A DNA stretch of 64,000 bases, from the IMG/VR virus record IMGVR_UViG_3300046616_000314, positions 248,001 to 312,000 of that record; one strand, 5' to 3'. The notes beneath the pieces are model-generated. The model ran no database searches. It was not told the origin of the DNA and saw nothing but the letters and a program-made list of their open reading frames with translations. Shown here in pieces: positions 45,578 through 54,056 of the stretch (position 1 is the stretch's first letter; every line of letters begins with the position of its first letter). The translations under genes and the position numbers were made by a program.

Positions 45578-46777
45578 ATGCGACAGTGGATTAACATAGT
45601 CGAACACCGGGAACCCATCAACGAACTATTTGATGATTCGCCATCGTTGACCGCTATTCCTGACGCTGAACTTCCGCATTCGGGGCTCCCGCAATTACCC
45701 AGTGTGCCGACACTTAAGGCTTATAAATTTAAGGTAGGGTCGGAACGCTATGCGGTCTGGTTCATAAAACATTCCGATGCCGTGGAATGTCTATTTGCTA
45801 AATTCGTCCCGGCTCCGAACGGCACACAAACCATTTCATTTGAGCTAACACCGTCAGCAAGTGCCGTACAGGTGTTCTCCGCTGTCATGGTAGCCATCAA
45901 CACGTTCTGTTCGACGGTTAGACCTGAAACGATTGTATTCCCTGGTTGGAATGCAAGACAGAGCAATTTCTATAAGCGTCTAGCTCGTTATGCCGACAAG
46001 ACCGGTGTCTTGTCGAATGCGTATGAACTGTACACGCATGAACTTGACGGCAAAGAAATAACTGCGATCCGAAAGAAAGTTACGCCCAAGGCTTTCGAAG
46101 ACATCAGCGAAGATGTCTCGCCTGGGTTTAAGGCATGGTTCGGGGATAGCAAGGTGGTTGACGAACACGGCAACCCTCTAAAAGTTTATCACGGCACGAA
46201 TCAGCCGCTCACTAAATTTTCTAAAGATCGTGGCGGTGCCGCCACTGGTCCTCGCCACGGCGCGGCGCATGGTTTCTTCTTTACAAAATCGCCAGTTGTT
46301 GCATCAATGTATGCGGTTCATGCTGGCACTACGAATATTGCGGGTATGGAAGACCACGAACAAAAATCAGCACAATATCAAAAAGAAATTGCTGCTGCTG
46401 AGCGCAAAGGTGATTGGGATCGCTACGAACAACTCATGAGCGATTACGAAGATCACGAAATCAATGCAACTCGGGAAGACCCAATTCACGGTCAAAACGT
46501 AATTCCGGCGTATCTGTCTTTACAGCATCCTAAAATTTTAAATTATCAAGGTGGAAGTGGTGGTACATTTAGTGTTCATGGCGATTTGGATGTGGTTATT
46601 GATCAAGCCAAAGCCGAAGGCTACGATGGTTTGATTATGCTCAATGTCGATGATACTCCTAGCGATTCCGTCGTTACGGATCACTACGTTGCATTTAGCC
46701 CGAAGCAAATCAAATCGGTGTTCAACGGAAGCTTCAATCCGAACAGCGATCACATTAGCGAGACTTCACGAAAATAA
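45578..46777 (+). CDS. Protein with C-terminal ART-PolyVal-like ADP-ribosyltransferase domain
   Basis: FKAWFGDSKVVDEHGNPLKVYHGT, GFFFT, VIPAYLSL, GYDG, YVAFSPKQIKS; CATAAATA promoter and AGGAG RBS. Confidence 0.8.
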   Translation: MRQWINIVEHREPINELFDDSPSLTAIPDAELPHSGLPQLPSVPTLKAYKFKVGSERYAVWFIKHSDAVECLFAKFVPAPNGTQTISFELTPSASAVQVFSAVMVAINTFCSTVRPETIVFPGWNARQSNFYKRLARYADKTGVLSNAYELYTHELDGKEITAIRKKVTPKAFEDISEDVSPGFKAWFGDSKVVDEHGNPLKVYHGTNQPLTKFSKDRGGAATGPRHGAAHGFFFTKSPVVASMYAVHAGTTNIAGMEDHEQKSAQYQKEIAAAERKGDWDRYEQLMSDYEDHEINATREDPIHGQNVIPAYLSLQHPKILNYQGGSGGTFSVHGDLDVVIDQAKAEGYDGLIMLNVDDTPSDSVVTDHYVAFSPKQIKSVFNGSFNPNSDHISETSRK

Positions 46778-46837
46778 TTGCACCGCTTTGGTTTTTGTGC
46801 GATGATACCTTGTCTTTTAGATGAGGAAACAATTTCC

Positions 46838-47557
46838 ATGACGACAACCGTGTCTGCCTCGCAGACTGAAACCTACGATGTTGGTCTGCGCGCTTTCATG
46901 ACCGGCGTCTACAATCGCATGTTCGGTGCCATCGCCCTCACCGGCATTCTTGCCTATCTTGCGAGCATCGAGCCCCTGAAGTCGCTGTTCTTCACGCTCA
47001 ATGACAAGGGTCAACTGACCTATACCCTGTTGGGTATCGTCGTCGCCTTCGCACCGCTGGGCATCATCCTGGCTCAAGGCTTCCTGAAGTCCGTGAGCGG
47101 CAAGTTCGTTCTCTGGTCCGTCTCGGCACTGTTCGGGTTGAGCCTGGGTTCGATCTTCCTGAAATATACCGGCGGGTCCATCGCTTCGACGTTCTTCGCC
47201 ACGGCGGCGGCGTTCGGCGGTCTGAGCCTGTGGGGTTACACCACCAAGCGCAATCTGAGCGGTTGGGGTAGCTTCCTTCTGGTCGCCCTTATCGGGCTGA
47301 TCGTGGTGTCGCTGATCAACGTGTTCCTGCTGCATTCGAGCGGCTTGGACTTGATCGTGTCGGGTGCCGGGGTTCTGATCTTCGCGGGCTTCATCGCCTA
47401 CGATACGCAGACGACCAAGAACTTCTACTCGGAGTCCCTGTCGTCGTCGGAACTGGGTGACGTGCAAGATTCGGCTGCACTGAACCTCTATCTCGACTTC
47501 ATCAACCTGTTCCTGTACCTGCTGCGCTTCATGGGCGTCGGCAAGTCCAGCGACTAA
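46838..47557 (+). CDS. BAX inhibitor-1/YccA family membrane protein
   Basis: YDVGLRAFMTGVY, YTTKRNLS, IFAGFIAYDTQ, ALNLYLDFINLFLYLLR. Confidence 0.92.
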   Translation: MTTTVSASQTETYDVGLRAFMTGVYNRMFGAIALTGILAYLASIEPLKSLFFTLNDKGQLTYTLLGIVVAFAPLGIILAQGFLKSVSGKFVLWSVSALFGLSLGSIFLKYTGGSIASTFFATAAAFGGLSLWGYTTKRNLSGWGSFLLVALIGLIVVSLINVFLLHSSGLDLIVSGAGVLIFAGFIAYDTQTTKNFYSESLSSSELGDVQDSAALNLYLDFINLFLYLLRFMGVGKSSD

Positions 47558-47578
47558 CGGTTGACGTTAGTCACAAAG

Positions 47579-47614
47579 AGCCGGGCGTCTGAAAAGGCTC
47601 CCGGCTTTTTCTTT
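47579..47614 (+). terminator. Intrinsic terminator
   Basis: AGCCGGG...CCCGGCTTTTT. Confidence 0.8.
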
Positions 47615-47631
47615 GTCAAAATGAGTGCGCT

Positions 47632-47955
47632 ATGTCTGATCTGATTCAAGCCAGAACAAAATATAAAAAATTAAAAGATTCCCTGGATAAGGCTCAAAAG
47701 AAAGTCACCAAAGCCCACGGCAAAGCCGAAGAGGCAGGGTGGGACGATCAGAGCCTAGCGCGTTTCGAGCACGCTCTTGAGGCTGTTCAAACTCTTGACG
47801 AAGAGATCGCAATCGCAGAAGCCGATCTGCGACAAGGCGTGACCGAAGCCTTGGAAGAAATCAAACGCTTGGAACAAAAAGCCAAAGAACTTCGAAGCGA
47901 AGCCTATCAATTAGAGGCTAAGCGAGATCGGGTTTATGCGAGCATTTGGCACTAA
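47632..47955 (+). CDS. Coiled-coil hypothetical protein
   Basis: Heptad-rich, charged helical sequence. Confidence 0.7.
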   Translation: MSDLIQARTKYKKLKDSLDKAQKKVTKAHGKAEEAGWDDQSLARFEHALEAVQTLDEEIAIAEADLRQGVTEALEEIKRLEQKAKELRSEAYQLEAKRDRVYASIWH

Positions 47956-48029
47956 ACACTTAGTGCTTGACAATACTTAGGAAGGTGTTAGATTACGTAT
48001 ATTGATTGACGCAATTCGGAGACATCTTC

Positions 48030-49193
48030 ATGGACACCCGCACGAAGTTCCTGATTCCTGAAGCGAACTATCCCAAGTTCGAAGCTCAGATCGCGAAGCT
48101 GTCGCGCAAGTCGATGAAGCTGATCGGCGAAGAAATCATGCCGGTCGTCTTCGGCTACGAATACAAGCCCTTTTCGGAAGGCAGCAAGGAAACCTATAAG
48201 GTTTTCAACGTTCTGCTGACCGCCTCGACTCCGGTGCTGGACGGTTGGGAATTCGTCGCCCGCCTGGACCACACCAACGAAACCGGTACCATCGTCCGTA
48301 CCGTGCCGACTTATCACGGCGAAATCCCGACCAAGTATCGTGAATCGGTGGTCAAGTGCGATCACTGCAACGTGCAACGCTATCGCCGCGACACGTTCGT
48401 TCTGCGCAACGAACAAGGCGAATTTCAACAAGTCGGCTCGACTTGCCTGAAGGATTTCTTCGGTCACGACCCCTACAAGATCGCCAAGCTGGCTGAACTG
48501 CTGGGCTATGTGAACGAATGCGCTCGCGCCGCTCAAGAGTGGGGTGAATTCACCCCCGCGAACCGTCGCTGGGTTGAACTGGTCCCGTTCCTGGCTTGCG
48601 CCGCTCAAGAAGTTCGCAAGAACGGTTGGGTTTCGCGCACGGTCGCCAAGGAAAAGGACATCAACGCTACGGCTGATTACGCCATCACCGACTATCTGGG
48701 CGGTGGTCGCTATCCTGAACAAGTCCCCACTCAAGCCGATTTCGATCTGGCTGAACAAGCTCTGGAATGGGCTCAATCGCTGTCGGCGAAGGAATACCTG
48801 AACGACTACGAAAACAACCTGCTGGTGATCGCCAATGCCGAATGGATCGAATTCCGTTCGTGCGGTCTGGCGGCTTCCATCGTCGGTGTGTTCTTCATGA
48901 ACCAAGAGCGCGCCAAGAAGGCGGCTGCTGGTCCGAGCAAGCACGTCGGCACGCTGGGCGAGCGCGTCACGGTTGAAGCCGTGGTGACGGGCAATTCGAG
49001 CCGCGAAAACAACTTCGGCGGGATCACCTACAACTATCGTTTCCTCTCGGGTGATGACGTGGTTGTCTGGTTCGCTTCGGTAAACTCCAACCTGTCGATT
49101 GGTGACAAGGTGAAGCTGACGGGCACTGTCAAGAAGCTCGACAACTTCAACGGCAAGAACCAAACCATCCTGACCCGTTGTAAGGTGGCGTAA
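48030..49193 (+). CDS. Conserved phage protein with Zn site and C-terminal OB-fold-like domain
   Basis: CDHCN..R.R, QVGSTCLKDF, C-terminal HVGTLGER...GDKVKLTGTVK...QTILTRCKV; TTGACA promoter and GGAG RBS. Confidence 0.8.
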   Translation: MDTRTKFLIPEANYPKFEAQIAKLSRKSMKLIGEEIMPVVFGYEYKPFSEGSKETYKVFNVLLTASTPVLDGWEFVARLDHTNETGTIVRTVPTYHGEIPTKYRESVVKCDHCNVQRYRRDTFVLRNEQGEFQQVGSTCLKDFFGHDPYKIAKLAELLGYVNECARAAQEWGEFTPANRRWVELVPFLACAAQEVRKNGWVSRTVAKEKDINATADYAITDYLGGGRYPEQVPTQADFDLAEQALEWAQSLSAKEYLNDYENNLLVIANAEWIEFRSCGLAASIVGVFFMNQERAKKAAAGPSKHVGTLGERVTVEAVVTGNSSRENNFGGITYNYRFLSGDDVVVWFASVNSNLSIGDKVKLTGTVKKLDNFNGKNQTILTRCKVA

Positions 49194-49603
49194 TGGATGT
49201 TGCCACCCTCAATCTTCTTGCCGATATGGTGGTTGCATCCTGTCGGGATAAGATTTTGACTTTTGATGTAACCGATAAGTCATTTGGTACATCATCGCTG
49301 CATACGACACACGAATTCGTCGGAGCCGGAATCACTCTTGATGTTGTTTTGGAACGCAAGAGTGGTGCCCGCTATATCACGTTCACGGGCGAAGGCTGGA
49401 AAGTAAAAGTCTACGCCATGGACGCCATTTCCCGTGTTCGGTACAATACCGACGAAGCGTTGATCAATCGTAATTTCATATATTACAACGAAAATGAATA
49501 TCTGACTTTTCGCAAGGCGGAAGTCCTCGGCGGCGATCCTAGCGAAGCCCTAACGACGCTTTTGCTGTTCAAACATAAATGGTTTGTGCAAGATGGATAC
49601 TAA
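49193..49603 (+). CDS. Hypothetical protein, paralogue family B
   Basis: GEGWKV..., tail ...LLLFKHKW. Confidence 0.7.
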   Translation: MDVATLNLLADMVVASCRDKILTFDVTDKSFGTSSLHTTHEFVGAGITLDVVLERKSGARYITFTGEGWKVKVYAMDAISRVRYNTDEALINRNFIYYNENEYLTFRKAEVLGGDPSEALTTLLLFKHKWFVQDGY

Positions 49604-50036
49604 CACGATAGAGCTTCTTCTTGATCTGGCATTGTATCTTCGTCAACGTCGCGATGATCACCGAGACACGCCCGAAGATTGGGAGCGTGCCCGTGGGCGC
49701 GTCCCTAAGATGCCATCGTTCGTGGTCCCTGGAACCGAGATCAAAATCAATTACAAAGAACAGCCGCGCAAACATCGGGCACAAACTCCCGATATTATTC
49801 TCACATGCGGTAATCGTTGGTCCGTTCATTTTCAGCCCGTTCTTCTGACGGAAATTACTTCAAAGAACGCGGAGGGAGTTGTTTCGCGTAAGGCTGTCGT
49901 TCCGGGTGATGTCGTCGGAAGATGGACCCGGCATCTTTTCGCCGCACGCCCCGCAACTCGTGGCTGGGAAGCCCTACAAGAAGATTTGGTATACCTAGCG
50001 TTGTTCAAGAATCGGTGGGTGTTGCCCACGGAATAA
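49593..50036 (+). CDS. Hypothetical protein, paralogue family B
   Basis: GNRWSVHF..., tail QEDLVYLALFKNRW. Confidence 0.7.
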   Translation: MDTNTIELLLDLALYLRQRRDDHRDTPEDWERARGRVPKMPSFVVPGTEIKINYKEQPRKHRAQTPDIILTCGNRWSVHFQPVLLTEITSKNAEGVVSRKAVVPGDVVGRWTRHLFAARPATRGWEALQEDLVYLALFKNRWVLPTE

Positions 50037-50080
50037 ATTCCTGTTATATTACAATAGAATATGAGCATTGGATTGAGTGC

Positions 50081-50491
50081 GTGGAATTAGACAAGCTTGA
50101 GTTGCATGGGTCGAACAAGCAAGAAATTCTTGCCTTGTTCAACGCCGTCTCGAATGAAGATAGCGATTGGCTTGTGACCAAGACCTATGCCCGAACGGTG
50201 CGTGACATCAGCGGAACCAAGATTTACGTTCGGTGTAATTTCAACGCTCAGAACAAAGTGACAGAAGTTTCAATCGGTGGTGAGAATGGTTGGATGATGC
50301 GTTTCCAACTTCGTCTTCGTCCCACAGGTATGACCAAGGATTACATTAGAGCAAGTCTATGGTTGTGCGACGGCGAAGAGACGGGATTGGCGACTTATAT
50401 TCTCTATGATCCGCTCTTGATGAGTCCCGGTGTGTTTCAAGAGGATATGGTAACGCTTCGGCTGTTCGCTACAAAATGGATGCCGCAATGA
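50081..50491 (+). CDS. Hypothetical protein, paralogue family B
   Basis: GTG start; ENGWMMRF..., tail FQEDMVTLRLFATKW. Confidence 0.7.
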   Translation: MELDKLELHGSNKQEILALFNAVSNEDSDWLVTKTYARTVRDISGTKIYVRCNFNAQNKVTEVSIGGENGWMMRFQLRLRPTGMTKDYIRASLWLCDGEETGLATYILYDPLLMSPGVFQEDMVTLRLFATKWMPQ

Positions 50492-50548
50492 ACCAGACGC
50501 AGAAAGGCGCGTTTTAGCCCTCGGGTTTATGAGACCAATGGGAAAAGT

Positions 50549-50917
50549 ATGATGGTGAATAACGTACCGATGTCGTTCGTGACGCGGGTTTGTGAGGCAG
50601 TCTATTCCAAGACAAAGCCCGGCGTGACGACGATTGTGATCGGCGCCGTTTCTCTCAAATTATTCATCAAACAATATGGCACGACTTACGAGCGTTTCAT
50701 GTTGATTGGTGATGATTGGTCGCTGGGCTTCAACGCTTTCGTAAAAGGTTCCGATACCGAGAACTTGGAAGCAGTCGCGGACCCGACTGAATATCGTATT
50801 TTCTTGACGAACATGCGTATCTTTGATGTCGCGGTTCATGATGATGAAAATTTCATTCGAGACATGGCGGTTCTACGTATGACCGAACATGAATGGGCGA
50901 AAGAATTCGCTTCGTAA
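50549..50917 (+). CDS. Hypothetical protein, paralogue family B
   Basis: GDDWSLGF..., tail FIRDMAVLRMTEHEW. Confidence 0.7.
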   Translation: MMVNNVPMSFVTRVCEAVYSKTKPGVTTIVIGAVSLKLFIKQYGTTYERFMLIGDDWSLGFNAFVKGSDTENLEAVADPTEYRIFLTNMRIFDVAVHDDENFIRDMAVLRMTEHEWAKEFAS

Positions 50918-50938
50918 TTCTACGCGCCTAAATAATGG

Positions 50939-52867
50939 ATGCGTTATCGTGACATTATCAAGGAAAATGGTGGACTCGTTGTCCCTGGTGTGAACACCAC
51001 TCCTGACGTTCAGCCAGGAGAGATCGCGCGCCAAGCCGCCAAGCTTGGTTTCAAAGTTGACGCCAACGGATTGCCGCCCATCTGGACGGGTCACGATGCC
51101 TCTACGGGCGCCAAGGACACCCCTAACAAGGGCGAAGCGTTCTATAAGAAGAATGGTGCCCGCCCCAACAAAAAAGCCCCTAAGCTCAAGAAAAACGTGT
51201 CCGAAAGCGTACTCGTTGAGAGCTTGCGCGGTTGGTTTTGGAATGCAAACACTGGGGAAACTTTAGACATCCCCGGAACCCAAATGATGCACGTTGAGTA
51301 CATCAAGGGTTATCCAGAAAATTTTGGCTTGTCGATTGCAGACGTTAAAGACGTAAATCTACGTAACTCGATTGAAGCTGGCAAATTACTACACATGGTA
51401 TTGGCGATGGGCTGGATTCGTTGCGCGAATTCCTTCTCCGGTCACACCGCATTTTTGAACGCAGCTTCGAAGCGTTACGCCAATATGGCAATCAAACATT
51501 TTGCTAAGATGTTTACCGAGCTAGTGGTTGAGATCACCGAGAACGGTGAAGCCCCTGGTGGAGGCGTTAGCTTCCGATTGAAAGACCCCATGGCGGTGCG
51601 TCAATTCCTTCGTACGGGTGTAACCGGTGAAGAATGGATTGACGATCAGCTTTCCGCTCTAACCGAAGCTCGCCGGAATCCTGAACAGAATAGAGGCGAA
51701 CGAAATCAAGGCTTCGGAGCCGCCCTAAAGAACTATATCGGACCCGATAGCTTCATCAGCTTTACAATGATTGACAAGGTTGGCGCCAACCCGCGCACGC
51801 AATTTTCTACGCCCATAGGCATCTATACCTATCCGCTTGACGAAGAAACTTGGCAAGACGTGATGGATGACGATATTCCGTTCGCTGGGGATTTGAAATA
51901 CATCAACATTATCAAGTCCAGAGCTTCGAAAGTCATGGACAGCGCGAATTACGCACAAGGCGATATGGTCAGCAATGAAATCAAATTGCGCGAATGCTTA
52001 CTAGACTATTGGATGGAAGACCCGGATGGCATCTATCAATTCTTGAAGGATGCTCAGACTTCGGCATTCCGAAAGAAGAATTCTCCTTTCATGGCGATGA
52101 CATGGAATCAAACACGCTGGGTAGCCATGGCAATTAGCACGGCTCGTAAGAACAAAACTCTTGACCCGGAAAAACGTTTGACACTCGTTGACGTTGCGAA
52201 TCATGTAGCTAAAGAATATGACGACAACTGGAACAGTAATCCGCAGTTGTGGAATCACGTTCTATCCAATGTTCTCGGATACGATATGATCTTGGATCGA
52301 GGCGCGGGTATCATTCACAGTAATGAACCTAAGCAAGCACTGTTCTTGAAGCTCTCTGCTTTACAGTTGATGGAGCGCAAGATCAATCCAAACTGGAATG
52401 AAGATGCAAAGACGGAAAAGAAAATCACTATGGGTTATTTGCCCTTACTGATCGGAACAGAGCGTCTTCCAATCAATAAGATTTTCTGGGGGATCAATAC
52501 TGCCATCGCCAATAAGCGTGCTTATGACAATGATCAGGATATGCATAACGCCTTGGGCGGCAAGTACATAGTAACAATAAAAGACGATTTCAATAGTGAT
52601 TTCAAAGTCTTTGTAACTAATCTTCTAAATCATGTTGATGTCTCTAAGCTGAACGTAGGGCAAGCCAAAAGTTTGAATATTGGAATATATGAAATGTTCA
52701 AACATGCTGACGCAATCCGATCATTACCTCATGATATGGTTGTCGGTCTATGTGTGATGCTTAAGAAAGCAACTACTATACACCACGGACAACGAATCGC
52801 GCTTCCTGAATACATTCGTGGTTTCATAACGCCCGAAGAAGTCGAGAATATCAATGCTAATTACTGA
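50939..52867 (+). CDS. Multi-domain late protein (probable head-packaged) with C-terminal ART-like domain
   Basis: CTAAATA 4 nt before ATG; MRYRDIIKE; VPGVNTTPDV module; after LTEA: SFTMIDKVGANP..TPIGIYTYP...LGYDMILD..IIHSNEP.QALF. Confidence 0.8.
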   Translation: MRYRDIIKENGGLVVPGVNTTPDVQPGEIARQAAKLGFKVDANGLPPIWTGHDASTGAKDTPNKGEAFYKKNGARPNKKAPKLKKNVSESVLVESLRGWFWNANTGETLDIPGTQMMHVEYIKGYPENFGLSIADVKDVNLRNSIEAGKLLHMVLAMGWIRCANSFSGHTAFLNAASKRYANMAIKHFAKMFTELVVEITENGEAPGGGVSFRLKDPMAVRQFLRTGVTGEEWIDDQLSALTEARRNPEQNRGERNQGFGAALKNYIGPDSFISFTMIDKVGANPRTQFSTPIGIYTYPLDEETWQDVMDDDIPFAGDLKYINIIKSRASKVMDSANYAQGDMVSNEIKLRECLLDYWMEDPDGIYQFLKDAQTSAFRKKNSPFMAMTWNQTRWVAMAISTARKNKTLDPEKRLTLVDVANHVAKEYDDNWNSNPQLWNHVLSNVLGYDMILDRGAGIIHSNEPKQALFLKLSALQLMERKINPNWNEDAKTEKKITMGYLPLLIGTERLPINKIFWGINTAIANKRAYDNDQDMHNALGGKYIVTIKDDFNSDFKVFVTNLLNHVDVSKLNVGQAKSLNIGIYEMFKHADAIRSLPHDMVVGLCVMLKKATTIHHGQRIALPEYIRGFITPEEVENINANY

Positions 52868-54056
52868 ATTGTTTGAAGCACGTTCTAACCCAACGCAGAA
52901 CAAAGACAACCGAGCTTCGGATGTTTCTGAATATTTGCGCGGTCTAGACTACGAAACTGGCGAACTGTTTATGAGTTTTACTCAAATCGATAAAGTTGGC
53001 ATGAACCCGCAATCGACTTACAACACGCCACTAGGTGTGTATTGCTATCCGATCAATCGCCACACTATCGAAGATTACGACAACAACAGTCTTCCATTTG
53101 CGGGCGATGCCAAGTTCGTGAACATTATCAAGTCACGCGGTAGTCAACTGAATGTTCAGGACTATGGCGATGATGATCTAGCCGACGACTCCAAGCGGTT
53201 GACCAGATATCTACTTAAGATTTTTCCCGAAAATGAAAATGAGATTGATCAAATTCATGCGCTAGCCGTACAGGATGCCAAGAATGGTACTCATGGCAAG
53301 AAAACGGCGGCTTCTTATATCTGGAATTACACTCGCTGGGCAGCTTACTTGCTGGACATCAAAGACCCGAAGGCAATCATTCGTAAGATGTCGGGATTTG
53401 ATTCTACCACACCAAGCAAGACAGCCGCGACTTGGAATGCCGTCCTGCGTAAGGTGCTAGGATATGATTCGGTAGTCGATAACGGCTGGGGCATCATTCA
53501 CGAAAACGAACCGACACAGGCGGTGTTCTTGGATGTTCGTGGTTTCCAGTTAGTATCGCGCCGCGTGAACACCAATTGGTCAGGTCGCCTCCTGAAGAAA
53601 ATTAATCTGAGTACAGTTCCGTGGTTGTGGAAGAATAACAATATCGCTTTCCGTTCCATCCTCGCGGCTTTGGAAATTTTTATTACTAAGGCGCCCGTAG
53701 TGCTCAATCGCAAATATGAAGTGAACCGAGACAAACTTCGACAGGAAGTTCCAGGGTATTTTGCGGCATTGCGATCAGTGATAAGATACACGCATGTCAC
53801 TATGCAGGAAGCTAGTTATATCGCTCATGGTATCATGAGTCATATCCGCAATGGTGGTATCTTGGAACATCTGAACCAAGACGAACGATTGGAACTGTTG
53901 GAGTGGTGGCTACCATTTTTCCAAAAAGGCTTTTCTACCCAAACCGATTTGGCTAGCAATGAAACGTTCAAGAGAGATTACATGAACGTATTTGTTCACG
54001 TCCTAGACGACGCACATTATGCTAAATTTGAGGAATTTGTGGCTAATTATGGATAA
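52854..54056 (+). CDS. Paralogue of the C-terminal domain of 50939-52867
   Basis: MLITELFEARSNP; SFTQIDKVGMNP..TPLGVYCYP...LGYDSVVD..IIHENEP.QAVF. Confidence 0.8.
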   Translation: MLITELFEARSNPTQNKDNRASDVSEYLRGLDYETGELFMSFTQIDKVGMNPQSTYNTPLGVYCYPINRHTIEDYDNNSLPFAGDAKFVNIIKSRGSQLNVQDYGDDDLADDSKRLTRYLLKIFPENENEIDQIHALAVQDAKNGTHGKKTAASYIWNYTRWAAYLLDIKDPKAIIRKMSGFDSTTPSKTAATWNAVLRKVLGYDSVVDNGWGIIHENEPTQAVFLDVRGFQLVSRRVNTNWSGRLLKKINLSTVPWLWKNNNIAFRSILAALEIFITKAPVVLNRKYEVNRDKLRQEVPGYFAALRSVIRYTHVTMQEASYIAHGIMSHIRNGGILEHLNQDERLELLEWWLPFFQKGFSTQTDLASNETFKRDYMNVFVHVLDDAHYAKFEEFVANYG

